NCBI GenBank assembly: GCA_963813335.1
Contig: CAWEYL010000001.1
Coordinates: 224,001 to 288,000 of the forward strand
DNA from: an uncultured Chloroflexia bacterium
GTDB taxonomy: Bacteria > Chloroflexota > Limnocylindria > Limnocylindrales > CSP1-4
Direction: 5' to 3'
DNA: 64,000 nt
The notes beneath the pieces are model-generated. The model was not told the DNA's origin. It was given only the letters and a program-made list of their open reading frames with translations, and did not search any database. The first letter of the stretch is position 1, and the number at the start of each line of letters is the position of its first letter. This document shows, piece by piece, positions 33,761 through 43,006 of this stretch. Position numbers and translations under genes: made by a program.

Positions 33761-35412
33761 GCGGGCACCTCGGTCGTCAGGAGGTCGCGCGCGGCCGCGG
33801 CGACCAGCTCGGGCGGGATGTCATCGCGCACGACGACGCCGTCGCCGGTCGGCAGGACCCAGCGCAGCCGGCCGCCGGCGTGCTTCTTGTCCGCCTCGAG
33901 ATGGTCGAGGACGGTCTCGAGCCGGAAGGGCAGGGGCCCGACGGCCAGGTGCAGCGCGTCTAGGAGACCGGTGATCCGGTGGGCTCGCTCGGGCGGCGTC
34001 ACCCCGGCCGTGATCCCGATCGCGCACGCCGCGCGGAGCCCGTAGGCGACCGCCTCGCCGTGGAGGAGGTCGCCATACCCGGCGGCCGCCTCGACCGCGT
34101 GGCCCAGCGAGTGCCCGAGGTTGAGCGAGATCCGTCCACCACTGGCATCACGCTCGCGCTCATCGGCGAGCACGACGGCCACCTTGGCCATCGCGGCCCG
34201 CTCAACGACCTCGGCGACCGCGCCGGACTCGACGGTCGCCTCGTCGCCGCGGGCGATCGCGTCGCCGTCGCGCTCGAGGATCTCGAACAGCCGCTCGTCG
34301 CCGAGCGCGGCCATCTTCACGGCCTCACCCAGGGCGGCCCGCCGCTGGCGATCGGGGAGCGTCCGCAGGAACGCCACGTCGATGATCACCGCGAGCGGCT
34401 GGTGGAACGCGCCCAGGAGGTTCTTGCCCTCGGGCAGGTCCACGCCCGTCTTGCCGCCGATCGAGGAGTCGATCTGGGCGACGAGGGTCGTGGGGACGTG
34501 GATGACCGGGATCCCGCGCAGGTACGTCGCGGCGAGGAACCCGGCGGCGTCACCGAGCGCGCCGCCGCCGATCGCCACGAGCGGCTCGCCGCGCTCGACG
34601 CGGAGCCGCGCGAGGCCGCTGGCCGCCGTCTCGACCACCGGGAGGCGTTTGGCGTCCTCGCCCTTTGGGAGCTGCACGCTGACGACCGGCCAGCCGTCGG
34701 TGGCGAGCCCTGCGGCGAGGGCCTCGCCGGCGGCCGCCCAGGCTCCCGGCTCGGACACCAGCACGGCCCGCCTCGCCGAGGCGCGCCGCAGCGCCTCGCC
34801 GACCGCCGCGCGGGCCATCCCCTCGCCGATCACGAACCGGCCGATGGGCGTCTCTGCCCGCAGCAGCGTGGTGACCCGGCCGATGCCGCCCGGGTCGAGC
34901 GCGCCGAGCTGCCGGTCCAGGTCGTCGATGACCGAGCCGACCTCGGCGATCCCCGGGCTGCGGAGGTCCGCCGCCGCGTAGAAGCGCTCGCGCCTGGCCG
35001 CGAGGTCGCGCAGCGTCCCGATCGGATCGCGGGCGGCGACCAGGGGACGGACATGCGGAGAGCGGCGGAGCCGCTGGGCGAGGACCTCGGGGCGGCCATC
35101 CAGCCAGACCGCGGTCCGACCGCGGTAGAGGGCCCAGCGGTTGCGCGGGTCGACGACGGCGCCGCCGCCCGTCGCGATCACCCGCCTGACCTCCGGAAGG
35201 CGGTCCGCCGCGCCGAGCGCGGCGATGGCGTCTCGCTCGAGCGACCGGAATGCGGCCTCGCCGTCCTCCGCGAAGATCGTCGGGATGTCGCGGCCGGTGG
35301 CCGCCTCGATCCGCTCGTCGAGGTCGATGAACTCGGCGCGGTGGCGGGCGGCCAGCCGCTTGCCGATGACGCTCTTGCCGCTCCCGGGCAGGCCGACCAG
35401 GACGAGGTCCAT
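33757..35412 (-). CDS. aroKB: Bifunctional shikimate kinase / 3-dehydroquinate synthase
   Basis: GLPGSGKS, GEAAFR, ATGGG; then GGGALGDAAGF, PTTLVAQIDSSIGGKTG, LNLGHSLGHA, HGEAV. Confidence 0.94.
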   Translation of the reverse strand: MDLVLVGLPGSGKSVIGKRLAARHRAEFIDLDERIEAATGRDIPTIFAEDGEAAFRSLERDAIAALGAADRLPEVRRVIATGGGAVVDPRNRWALYRGRTAVWLDGRPEVLAQRLRRSPHVRPLVAARDPIGTLRDLAARRERFYAAADLRSPGIAEVGSVIDDLDRQLGALDPGGIGRVTTLLRAETPIGRFVIGEGMARAAVGEALRRASARRAVLVSEPGAWAAAGEALAAGLATDGWPVVSVQLPKGEDAKRLPVVETAASGLARLRVERGEPLVAIGGGALGDAAGFLAATYLRGIPVIHVPTTLVAQIDSSIGGKTGVDLPEGKNLLGAFHQPLAVIIDVAFLRTLPDRQRRAALGEAVKMAALGDERLFEILERDGDAIARGDEATVESGAVAEVVERAAMAKVAVVLADERERDASGGRISLNLGHSLGHAVEAAAGYGDLLHGEAVAYGLRAACAIGITAGVTPPERAHRITGLLDALHLAVGPLPFRLETVLDHLEADKKHAGGRLRWVLPTGDGVVVRDDIPPELVAAAARDLLTTEVPA

Positions 35413-35417
35413 CGCGG

Positions 35418-36722
35418 TCAGTCGTCGCCGCCGGAGCCGGCCTCGTCGGTGCCGGTCAGGCCGTGCGCCGGGGCCGCCGCCGCACGCCGGCCGCCCGCGA
35501 CCGGGGCGTCCGGCGCCCGGCCGATCCGCTCGCGGTAGCGCGCCAGGTTGTCCGTGACCTCCGCCATCGAATCGCCGCCGGTCTTCTCGAGCACGAACGA
35601 CGCCAGCGTGAGCATCACCATGGCCTCGGCGACGACCCCGGCTGCCGGCACGACGCTGATGTCGCTCCGCTCGTAGTGGGCCTTGTCGACCGCCTCGCCC
35701 GTGACCAGGTCGGCCGAGGGGAGCGGCCGGGCCAGCGTGGAGATCGGCTTGACCGCGCCGCGGACGATGAGCGGCTCCCCGTTCGTGACCCCGCCGGTCA
35801 GCCCGCCGGCGTTGTTGGTGCGGTGGACCCAGCGCCCGTCGGCGTCCCGGCCCTCGATGACGTCGTGGACGGCCGACCCGAAGCGACGGGTCTGCTCGAA
35901 GCCGAGCCCGAACTCCACGCCCTTGACGATATTGATGCTCATCACGGCCGCGGCGAGCGCCGCATCGAGCCGCCGATCCCAGTGGACGTACGACCCGAGC
36001 CCGATCGGCAGCCCGTGGACCACGACCTCGAAGACGCCGCCGACCGTGTCGCCGGCGGCGCGAGCCTCGTCGATGCGGGCGATCATCGCGGTCTCGGCGT
36101 CGGGATCGGGGCAGCGCAGTGGCGAGTCGTCGGCCTCGTCGCGCTGCCGGGTGCAGTTGGCGGGGTCGACCGCCACGCCGCCGACCTCGGCGGTGAACGA
36201 CCAGGCCTCGATGCCGAGCTCGCGCAAGAACGCCCGGGCGATCCCGCCCGCCGCCACCCGCGCCGCCGTCTCGCGCGCGGACGCGCGCTCGAGCACGTCG
36301 CGCACGTCCGTGAACCCGTACTTGAGCGCGCCGGCCAGGTCGGCGTGACCGGGCCGGACGCGGGTCACCGGGGTCGCCCGTTTGTTCCCGTCCTCGGCCG
36401 CCGCGAGCAGCTCGTCGGCCTCCTCGTCGCTGAGCGGCCCGACCTGCATCACCCGCGTCCAGTTCTCCCAGTCGCGGTTGCGCACGAGCAGCAGGATCGG
36501 CGACCCGAGGGTCACGCCGTGGCGGACGCCGCCCAGGATCTCGGCGTGGTCCTGCTCGATGGACTGGCGCGCCCCACGGCCGTACCCGCGCTGCCGACGG
36601 GCGAGGTCCACGGCGAGCGCGTCCTCGGTGAGGGCCAGCCCCGCCGGGACGCCCTCGACCGTCGCGCCCAGGGCCGGTCCGTGCGATTCGCCCGCGGTCA
36701 GGAAGCGGAAGGCGGCCATCAT
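35418..36722 (-). CDS. aroC: Chorismate synthase
   Basis: TAGESHG, RPGHAD, ERASARET, NNAGG..GG.TNG, KPISTL, ERSD. Confidence 0.97.
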   Translation of the reverse strand: MMAAFRFLTAGESHGPALGATVEGVPAGLALTEDALAVDLARRQRGYGRGARQSIEQDHAEILGGVRHGVTLGSPILLLVRNRDWENWTRVMQVGPLSDEEADELLAAAEDGNKRATPVTRVRPGHADLAGALKYGFTDVRDVLERASARETAARVAAGGIARAFLRELGIEAWSFTAEVGGVAVDPANCTRQRDEADDSPLRCPDPDAETAMIARIDEARAAGDTVGGVFEVVVHGLPIGLGSYVHWDRRLDAALAAAVMSINIVKGVEFGLGFEQTRRFGSAVHDVIEGRDADGRWVHRTNNAGGLTGGVTNGEPLIVRGAVKPISTLARPLPSADLVTGEAVDKAHYERSDISVVPAAGVVAEAMVMLTLASFVLEKTGGDSMAEVTDNLARYRERIGRAPDAPVAGGRRAAAAPAHGLTGTDEAGSGGDD

Positions 36723-36756
36723 CGACTCCGCGGCGGTCGCGTCCGGACCCGGGCCG

Positions 36757-37668
36757 TCAGTCGGCCGCGGCGGAGGCGGTGGACGCCTCGGCCTCCGGCT
36801 CGCCCGCCGGTTCGCCCTCGGCCGAGCGGAGGCCGCCCGCGCGGGCCTCGGCCAGCTTCTCCTGCATCAGCTCGAGCGGGGCCTTCTGGCCGGTCCACAG
36901 CGTGAAGGCGGCGGCGCCCTGGTGGAGCAGCATCAGCTCGCCGTCGGCGACCTGGCTGCCCGCGGCCGCGGCGTCGCGGAGGAGCCGGGTCTTCGCGTAG
37001 ATCAGGTCGAGCACGAGCAACTCCGCGGGCAGGATCTCCGCCGGAAGCGGGCTCTCGTCGGCGGTCAGGCCGATCGAGGTGGCGTTGACCAGCACCTTCG
37101 CCTTCGCCAGTTCGGACTCGATGATCGATTCGTGCCACGGCATGGCCCGCAGCTCCATGTGCGCGGCGCTGCGACCGAAGTGCTTCACCAGCGCCTCCGC
37201 GCGATGGAGGTGCCGGTTGAAGACGATGATCCGCTGGAAGCCCTCGGTGATCAGGCCGTAGACCACCGCCCGGGCGCCACCGCCGGCGCCGAGCAGGACG
37301 GCCGTCCGCGGCATCTTCTGCTTGCCGACCAGGCGGTCCAGCGCGACCTTGAACCCGGGCACGTCGGTGTTGTGGCCGACGAGCCGCTTGCCCTCGCGGG
37401 TGATCGTGTTGACCGCACCCGTGGCGTGGGCCTCCTCGGTCAGGCGGTCGACCAGCGGGACCACCCGTTCCTTGTGCGGGATCGTGACGTTGGCGCCCAG
37501 GAAGTCGTCGCCGCGGAGTTCGGCGATGGCCTCGGCCAGGTCGATCGGGGCGCGATCCCACAGCTCGTACGTCGCGTCGATCCCGAGCGAATCGAAGGCG
37601 GCCTGCTGCATCGCCCCGGACAGCGAATGCGCCACGGGGTGGCCGATGAGAACGACGCGCTTCGTCAT
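36757..37668 (-). CDS. aroE: Shikimate dehydrogenase
   Basis: GHPVAHSLS, NVTIPHK, GAVNT, NTD, GAGGGAR. Confidence 0.95.
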   Translation of the reverse strand: MTKRVVLIGHPVAHSLSGAMQQAAFDSLGIDATYELWDRAPIDLAEAIAELRGDDFLGANVTIPHKERVVPLVDRLTEEAHATGAVNTITREGKRLVGHNTDVPGFKVALDRLVGKQKMPRTAVLLGAGGGARAVVYGLITEGFQRIIVFNRHLHRAEALVKHFGRSAAHMELRAMPWHESIIESELAKAKVLVNATSIGLTADESPLPAEILPAELLVLDLIYAKTRLLRDAAAAGSQVADGELMLLHQGAAAFTLWTGQKAPLELMQEKLAEARAGGLRSAEGEPAGEPEAEASTASAAAD

Positions 37669-39008
37669 GCCCGCACCCTTTCGAGGTCGTCGAAGAAGCC
37701 CGGATAGGAGATGGCCGCCGAGCCGGGTCGGTCGATCGTGGTGTCGCCGTCGGCGATGAGCCCGGCGATCGCGAAGGTCATCGCCAGGCGGTGGTCGTCG
37801 AGGCTGTCGGTCGGGGCTCCGCGCAGGCGGGCGCCGCCCTCGATCCGGAGATCGTCGCCGTCGACCTCCACCCGCGCACCGAGCGCGGTCAGGCCCGCGG
37901 CGATCCCCGCGATCCGGTCGGATTCCTTGTGGCGGAGCTCACCCGCGCCGCGGATGGTGGTCGTTCCCTCGGCGACGGCCGCCGCGAGGCAGAGGACCGG
38001 GATCTCGTCGATCGCCGCCGCCACGTCGGCCGGCCCGATGTCGGTCCCGTGGAGCGACGACGAACGCACGACCATGTCGCCCAGCGGCTCGCCCGTGCCG
38101 TCGTCGGTGCCGCCGGCCGCGTGCTCCGCGATGTCCGCGCCCATCCGGCGCAGGAGGTCGATGACGGCCCGCCGCGTCGGGTTCAGGCCGACATCGTGCA
38201 GGACCAGCTCGGCATCGGGGTGGATAGACCCGGCGACGAGCCAGAAGGCCGCCGCGGAGACGTCGCCCGGCACCCGCTCGTCGATCGCCTGCACCGCCAA
38301 CCCTCCTCGCACCGTCCAGCTCACGGGCCCGTCGGGGCCGCCCTCGCGTTCGACCGGCACGCCGCGTGCCCGGAGCATGCGCTCCGTGTGGTCGCGCGTC
38401 GCGATCGATTCGGTGATCCTCGTCCGTCCGTCCGCTCGAAGCCCCGCCAGCAGGACCGCCGACTTCACCTGCGCGCTGGGCACCGGGGTGGCGTAGTCGA
38501 TGGCCGCGAGCGGCGATCGACCGGTCACCGTCAGGGGAGGGAGGGAATCGTTCTGGCGGGCACTGAGCGCCGCCCCCATCTGACGCAGCGGTTCGATGAT
38601 ACGAGCCACCGGGCGCCCACGCAACGAATCGTCGCCGTCGAGCGTGCTCGTGAAGGGCAGCCCGGCGAGCACGCCACTGGTCAGCCGCAGGCTCGTGCCG
38701 GAGTTCCCGCAGTCCAGGGTCGCGACCGGCGCGCGGAGCCCGTCCGCGCCCGGCGAGAGCACCCGGTAGTCGACCGTCCGGCCGTCGTCGCGGACCCGCT
38801 CGACGGTCGCACCCAGCGCCGCCACGATCCCGGCGGTAGAGCGCACGTCGGCGCCATCGCCGGCGCGCTCGATCCGGCTTTCGCCGGCCGCGATGGCGGC
38901 CAGCAACAGCGCCCGATGGCTGATCGACTTGTCGCCGGGCAGGCTCAGGTCGCCACGCAGGCGCCGCGCCGGGCGGACCACCGCGAGATCGGAGCCGGGG
39001 GCGGTCAC
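37665..39008 (-). CDS. aroA: 3-phosphoshikimate 1-carboxyvinyltransferase (class II EPSPS)
   Basis: PGDKSISHR, CGNSGT, SAQVKS, RDHTE, ELRHKESDRI, DHRLAM. Confidence 0.96.
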   Translation of the reverse strand: MTAPGSDLAVVRPARRLRGDLSLPGDKSISHRALLLAAIAAGESRIERAGDGADVRSTAGIVAALGATVERVRDDGRTVDYRVLSPGADGLRAPVATLDCGNSGTSLRLTSGVLAGLPFTSTLDGDDSLRGRPVARIIEPLRQMGAALSARQNDSLPPLTVTGRSPLAAIDYATPVPSAQVKSAVLLAGLRADGRTRITESIATRDHTERMLRARGVPVEREGGPDGPVSWTVRGGLAVQAIDERVPGDVSAAAFWLVAGSIHPDAELVLHDVGLNPTRRAVIDLLRRMGADIAEHAAGGTDDGTGEPLGDMVVRSSSLHGTDIGPADVAAAIDEIPVLCLAAAVAEGTTTIRGAGELRHKESDRIAGIAAGLTALGARVEVDGDDLRIEGGARLRGAPTDSLDDHRLAMTFAIAGLIADGDTTIDRPGSAAISYPGFFDDLERVRA

Positions 39009-39013
39009 GGCGC

Positions 39014-40090
39014 TCAATGCTTCGCCAGCCCGGCGCCGTTCCCGACGGACCCGGCGGCGATGGGCTGGCGGCGGCGCGAGGCGACCATCTCGTGGACCGG
39101 GACGACCGCCGCCATCAGGTCGCGGAACTGGTCGAGGTCCAGCTGCTGCTCCGCGTCGGACAGCGCGTCGTCGGGCGTCGGGTGGACCTCGACCATGACC
39201 CCGTCGGCCCCGACCGCGACGCCGCTGATCGCCAGCGGCGTCACCAGCCAGCGCTTCCCTGTGGCGTGGCTCGGATCGACGATGACCGGCAGGTGGGTCA
39301 GGTGGTGGACCAGCGGGACCGCGGACAGGTCGAGGGTGTTGCGGGTGTAGGTCTCGAAGGTGCGGATCCCGCGCTCGCACAGGATGACGTTGGGATTGCC
39401 GGAGGAGACGATGTACTCGGCGGCCATCAGCCACTCCTCGACGGTCGCGCCGTAGCCGCGCTTGAGCATCACCGGCCGCGCGACCCGCCCGACGTCGCGG
39501 AGCAGCGAGTAGTTCTGCATGTTCCGGGTGCCGATCTGGAGGATGTCCGCGTACTCGGCCACGATGTCGACCTGCGAGGGCTCCATCACCTCGGTGATGA
39601 CCGGCAGCCCGGTCCGCTCGCGCGCCTCGGCGAGGTAGCGGAGGGCCTCCACGCCGAGGCCCTGGAAGGCGTACGGGCTGGTCCGTGGCTTGAAGGCGCC
39701 GCCGCGGAGGATGGTGGCGCCGGCCGCCTTGACCGCGTCGGCGGTCTCGAAGAGCTGGTCGCGGCTCTCCACCGAGCACGGCCCCGCCATCACCGTCAGC
39801 GAACCGTCGCCGACGACCGCGTCCAGGACCCGGATGACGGTGTCCTCGGGATGGAACTCGCGCGACGTCAGCTTGAAGGGGCGGCTGATCGGGGTGACCG
39901 CCTCGACCCCCGGCAGCGCGGCGAGACGGTCGAGCAGGACCGGCTTGCGCGCCCCGATCTCGCCGACGACCGCGATGACGACGCGGTCGACCCCGGCGTG
40001 GTCGTACGGGGTCAGGCCCTCGGCCAGGATCCGGCTCTTGACGCCCAGGATCTCGGCCTCGCTGGCACCGCTGGCCATCACGACGAACAT
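39014..40090 (-). CDS. aroF: DAHP synthase, type I-beta with N-terminal regulatory domain
   Basis: [39 protein letters not shown]; GAGGAG RBS. Confidence 0.95.
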   Translation of the reverse strand: MFVVMASGASEAEILGVKSRILAEGLTPYDHAGVDRVVIAVVGEIGARKPVLLDRLAALPGVEAVTPISRPFKLTSREFHPEDTVIRVLDAVVGDGSLTVMAGPCSVESRDQLFETADAVKAAGATILRGGAFKPRTSPYAFQGLGVEALRYLAEARERTGLPVITEVMEPSQVDIVAEYADILQIGTRNMQNYSLLRDVGRVARPVMLKRGYGATVEEWLMAAEYIVSSGNPNVILCERGIRTFETYTRNTLDLSAVPLVHHLTHLPVIVDPSHATGKRWLVTPLAISGVAVGADGVMVEVHPTPDDALSDAEQQLDLDQFRDLMAAVVPVHEMVASRRRQPIAAGSVGNGAGLAKH

Positions 40091-40123
40091 CGCGCTCAGA
40101 TCTCCTCGTCGGTCGGTCGGGCC

Positions 40124-40154
40124 AAACAAAAAAGCAGAGGCTTCACCTCTGCTT
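40124..40154 (-). terminator. Intrinsic terminator in the aro operon leader
   Basis: On the minus strand: AAGCAGAGG-TGAAG-CCTCTGCTT followed by TTTTGTTT. Confidence 0.88.
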
Positions 40155-40201
40155 CGTTCGCCCGGCACGACCCGTGCCCCCGGTCTACTGACCGAGAACC
40201 A

Positions 40202-40237
40202 TCATGCCGGGCCTGGAAAGTAGAAGAAGTGGCTCAT
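40202..40237 (-). CDS. Putative attenuator leader peptide MSHFFYFPGPA
   Basis: ATG AGC CAC TTC TTC TAC TTT CCA GGC CCG GCA TGA, located between a TTGACA-18-CACACT promoter (40277-40248) and the terminator. Confidence 0.8.
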   Translation of the reverse strand: MSHFFYFPGPA

Positions 40238-40346
40238 GCGTAGGCGGAGTGTGGCCGAGCGTGCCGTCGCATGTCAATGCGACTGTGCGGAAGAGCCTCG
40301 ACCGGTCTCGACAGCGCGATTCGGGATCCACTGACACAATCGCGCC

Positions 40347-40961
40347 ATGACCGGTCCGGCGAACCCTCGGGCGCTGCGCTGGAGCACGGCTGCAGGGGCG
40401 CTGCTCCTGCTGGTCGCCGCGTGCACGACCACGGTCCGGCCCAGCCCGTCGGCGCCCACCGCCACCGCCAGTGCCACCGCGAGCGCGCAGGCGTCACCCA
40501 CGACCGGGCCATCGTCGACCACGTCCCCGACGCCCGTCGCCTCGCCGTCGGCTGCGGCCGGCGCCGACTGCGGCCCCGGGGACCTCACGATGACCGGCGG
40601 CCCATGGGGTGGCGCCGCCGGCAGCCGCGGTGCCGACGTCACGGTCACCGCGGGCGCGACCGCCTGCCGGCTGCCGGCGCAGCCGGTCGTGGCGATCGCC
40701 GACTCGACCGGCAAGGACCTCATCCACAGCACGCTGCCGCTCACCAACGACGGACCCCTGCTCGAGGCTGGCGCGAGCCGCGTCTTCTCGTTCCGCGTCA
40801 GCAACTGGTGCGACCGCACCGCGCGGCTCCCGCTCCAGGCGGTCGGCCTCTTGGCGACCGGGGCGATCGAGATCGGCGGGCTCGTGATGACCGCCGACGT
40901 GCTCCCCCCGTGCAACGGTCCGGGCCAGCCGGCCCTCGTCGAGGCGACCGGCTGGCAGTAG
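40347..40961 (+). CDS. Lipoprotein with Ser/Thr/Pro stalk and Cys-containing domain (DUF4232-like)
   Basis: Lipobox LVAAC; C..DL, GAAG, ACRL, NWC, PPC. Confidence 0.75.
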   Translation: MTGPANPRALRWSTAAGALLLLVAACTTTVRPSPSAPTATASATASAQASPTTGPSSTTSPTPVASPSAAAGADCGPGDLTMTGGPWGGAAGSRGADVTVTAGATACRLPAQPVVAIADSTGKDLIHSTLPLTNDGPLLEAGASRVFSFRVSNWCDRTARLPLQAVGLLATGAIEIGGLVMTADVLPPCNGPGQPALVEATGWQ

Positions 40962-41060
40962 GGTCCGGGCCCGGAAGGGCCGGGTGGGACTGGCCCGATG
41001 GGGGGATAGCCCGGGTTGACGGCGTCTGCCACGCTTAGGGGCCTTCACCCGAGGTGCCCG

Positions 41061-42428
41061 TTGGTCGTCGCCGCCCGTCGCTCGCCCCATCCCTGGTCGC
41101 TCCCGCTCGTCGCGCTGCTCGCTGTCGCGCTGCTCGGGGCCGCCCTGACGACGGCCGTCGCGTCGCTGGTCGCACCCAGCGAGGTCCTCGGGGCGTCGAC
41201 GGCCGCCAAGGTCACCGCCTGTGCGGGGGTCAACGTGCGGACGACCCCCAGCACATCCGCCCCGATCAAGACGACACTCGGCAGCGGCGTGAACGTGGCA
41301 GTCGTGGTGACCGTCACGGGCTCGACGTGGACGGTCTCCTGCGCCGGCAAGACCACCACCGGGCGGAGCTGGTACCGGATCAGCTCGATCGGCGGCAAGA
41401 CGGTCAAGTCGCTGTATGGCTGGAACTACCTGTATGCCGCATCGGGCCTCTTCAAGCCCGCCCCGACCGTCACGCCCCCGAACACCATCGCCACCGTCAG
41501 CACCAAGCTCGCGATCTGCGCGGCCAGCGCACGCCTCGGGCCGAGCACCACCAGGCCGAGCAAGGTGACCATCAAGGTCAACTCGAAGGTCACGGTCACC
41601 ACGACCATGCTCGGCGGGACGTGGCATGGCACCTGCAACGGCAAGAGCTTCACCAGCGTGCGCTGGTACCGGATCTCGGCGATCAACGGGAAGTCGGTCC
41701 GGTCGCTGTACGGGGTCGCCTACCTGTATGCCGCCACCGGCATGTTCCGGACGGTGCCCACGCCGGTCGTGCCGCCCACCAGCGGCCTGACCGAGGGCAT
41801 CGACATCAGCCACTGGCAGGGAACGATCGACTGGACCCAGGTCGCCGCGGCCGGCAAGAAGTTCGCGTTCATGAAGGCGTCCGAGGACATCGACTACGTC
41901 GACCCGACATACCCGGCGAACCGGGCGGCGGCCAATGCCAACGGCCTGCTCATCGGGGCGTACCACTTCGCGCAGCCGGATCTCTCGCCGGGTGATGCCG
42001 TCGCCGAGGCGGACCATTTCCTCGACATCGCGCAGATCGCGTCGGGTGACCTTCCGCCGGTGCTCGACCTCGAGATCGCCGGCCCGTCCGGGTCGCCCCT
42101 CAATCAATCCCAGCTCCAGGACTGGGTCCGCGCCTACCTCGGGCGGATCTACGAGCGCACCGGGGTCCGCGGCGTCATCTACGCGTCACCCGCGTTCTGG
42201 GTGAAGTACCTGGGCGACACCACCTGGTTCGCCGACAACGGCTACAAGGTCCTGTGGATCGCCCACTGGACGACCGCGACGGCGCCCACCGTGCCGGCCG
42301 ACGCCTGGGGTGGGAACGGCTGGACGTTCTGGCAGTACACCTCGAGCGGGAGCGTCGCGGGCATCAGCGGCCGCGTCGACCTGGACCGCTTCAACGGGAC
42401 CGACTTCACGAGGGTCCGCATCCCCTGA
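41061..42428 (+). CDS. GH25 muramidase with two N-terminal SH3-like repeats
   Basis: GIDISHWQG, MKASE, GAYHF, LDLE (DxE), LWIAHW, WQYTS, VDLD; two ~80-aa repeats ending WYRIS.I.GK.V.SLYG..YLYAA. Start uncertain. Confidence 0.9.
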   Translation: MVVAARRSPHPWSLPLVALLAVALLGAALTTAVASLVAPSEVLGASTAAKVTACAGVNVRTTPSTSAPIKTTLGSGVNVAVVVTVTGSTWTVSCAGKTTTGRSWYRISSIGGKTVKSLYGWNYLYAASGLFKPAPTVTPPNTIATVSTKLAICAASARLGPSTTRPSKVTIKVNSKVTVTTTMLGGTWHGTCNGKSFTSVRWYRISAINGKSVRSLYGVAYLYAATGMFRTVPTPVVPPTSGLTEGIDISHWQGTIDWTQVAAAGKKFAFMKASEDIDYVDPTYPANRAAANANGLLIGAYHFAQPDLSPGDAVAEADHFLDIAQIASGDLPPVLDLEIAGPSGSPLNQSQLQDWVRAYLGRIYERTGVRGVIYASPAFWVKYLGDTTWFADNGYKVLWIAHWTTATAPTVPADAWGGNGWTFWQYTSSGSVAGISGRVDLDRFNGTDFTRVRIP

Positions 42429-42460
42429 TCCCGGGTCTCGGTGGTAGCATTCGGCCGCTC

Positions 42461-42552
42461 GGAGAGGTCGCATAGAGGTCTAGTGCAGCGGTTTGCTAAA
42501 CCGCCATGTGGGGTAACCTGCATCGAGGGTTCGAATCCCTCCCTCTCCGCCA
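42461..42552 (+). tRNA. tRNA-Ser(GCT)
   Basis: GCGGT-TT GCT AA-ACCGC anticodon arm, long variable arm, CCA. Confidence 0.95.
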
Positions 42553-42592
42553 CTCGCGCCCCACGTTCGCGGTCGCTGGGGGCGTTGGCTTG

Positions 42593-42751
42593 TCCGGTCC
42601 TCGCTTACGCACCTTGGGGTGCGCTCGCTCCGGTCCTCATGCGCCGCCTTCCCGTCGACCACGCCCGCGGGGCGCGGCGTTCGGCGATCTGACGGCCCTG
42701 GCCGCGTTCTCGCCTCCGGTCCTCGCTTACGCACCTTGGGGTGCGCTCGCT
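42593..42751. repeat. Two identical 37-bp palindromic REP-like cores (42593-42629, 42715-42751)
   Basis: TCCGGTCCTCGCTTACGCACCTTGGGGTGCGCTCGCT twice; related copy near 50857-50889. Confidence 0.85.
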
Positions 42752-42930
42752 TCGGGTGCTCGGCTCGGCCTTGCCACGGACCGCCAGCTCACCGAACGCC
42801 TTGCCAGCGAGGACGCTCCGTGCCGCGGCCTTCGACGATCCGACGGTCTCTGGCGGCGTCCCGAGAGGCGGTCTCCCGGCCTGACGCGGTACACTGCGCC
42901 GCGTCCGTGCGCTGCCGTGCCGGACCGCGT

Positions 42931-43006
42931 GCGCCCGTAGCTCAGTGGATAGAGCGTTAGGTTGCGGACCTAAAGGTCGTGGGTTCGAGTCTCGCCGGGC
43001 GCGCCA
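42931..43006 (+). tRNA. tRNA-Arg(GCG)
   Basis: 76 nt; anticodon arm TTAGG-TT GCG GA-CCTAA; GGTTCGAGT; CCA end. Confidence 0.93.

Noticed and set aside
33757-35412. AroK-AroB fusion as a novelty
   Set aside because: This bifunctional fusion is already known in several bacterial groups.
42593-42751. Two identical 37-bp repeats as a CRISPR array
   Set aside because: Only two copies, an 85-bp gap, no cas genes, and a related copy elsewhere; fits a REP-like repeat.
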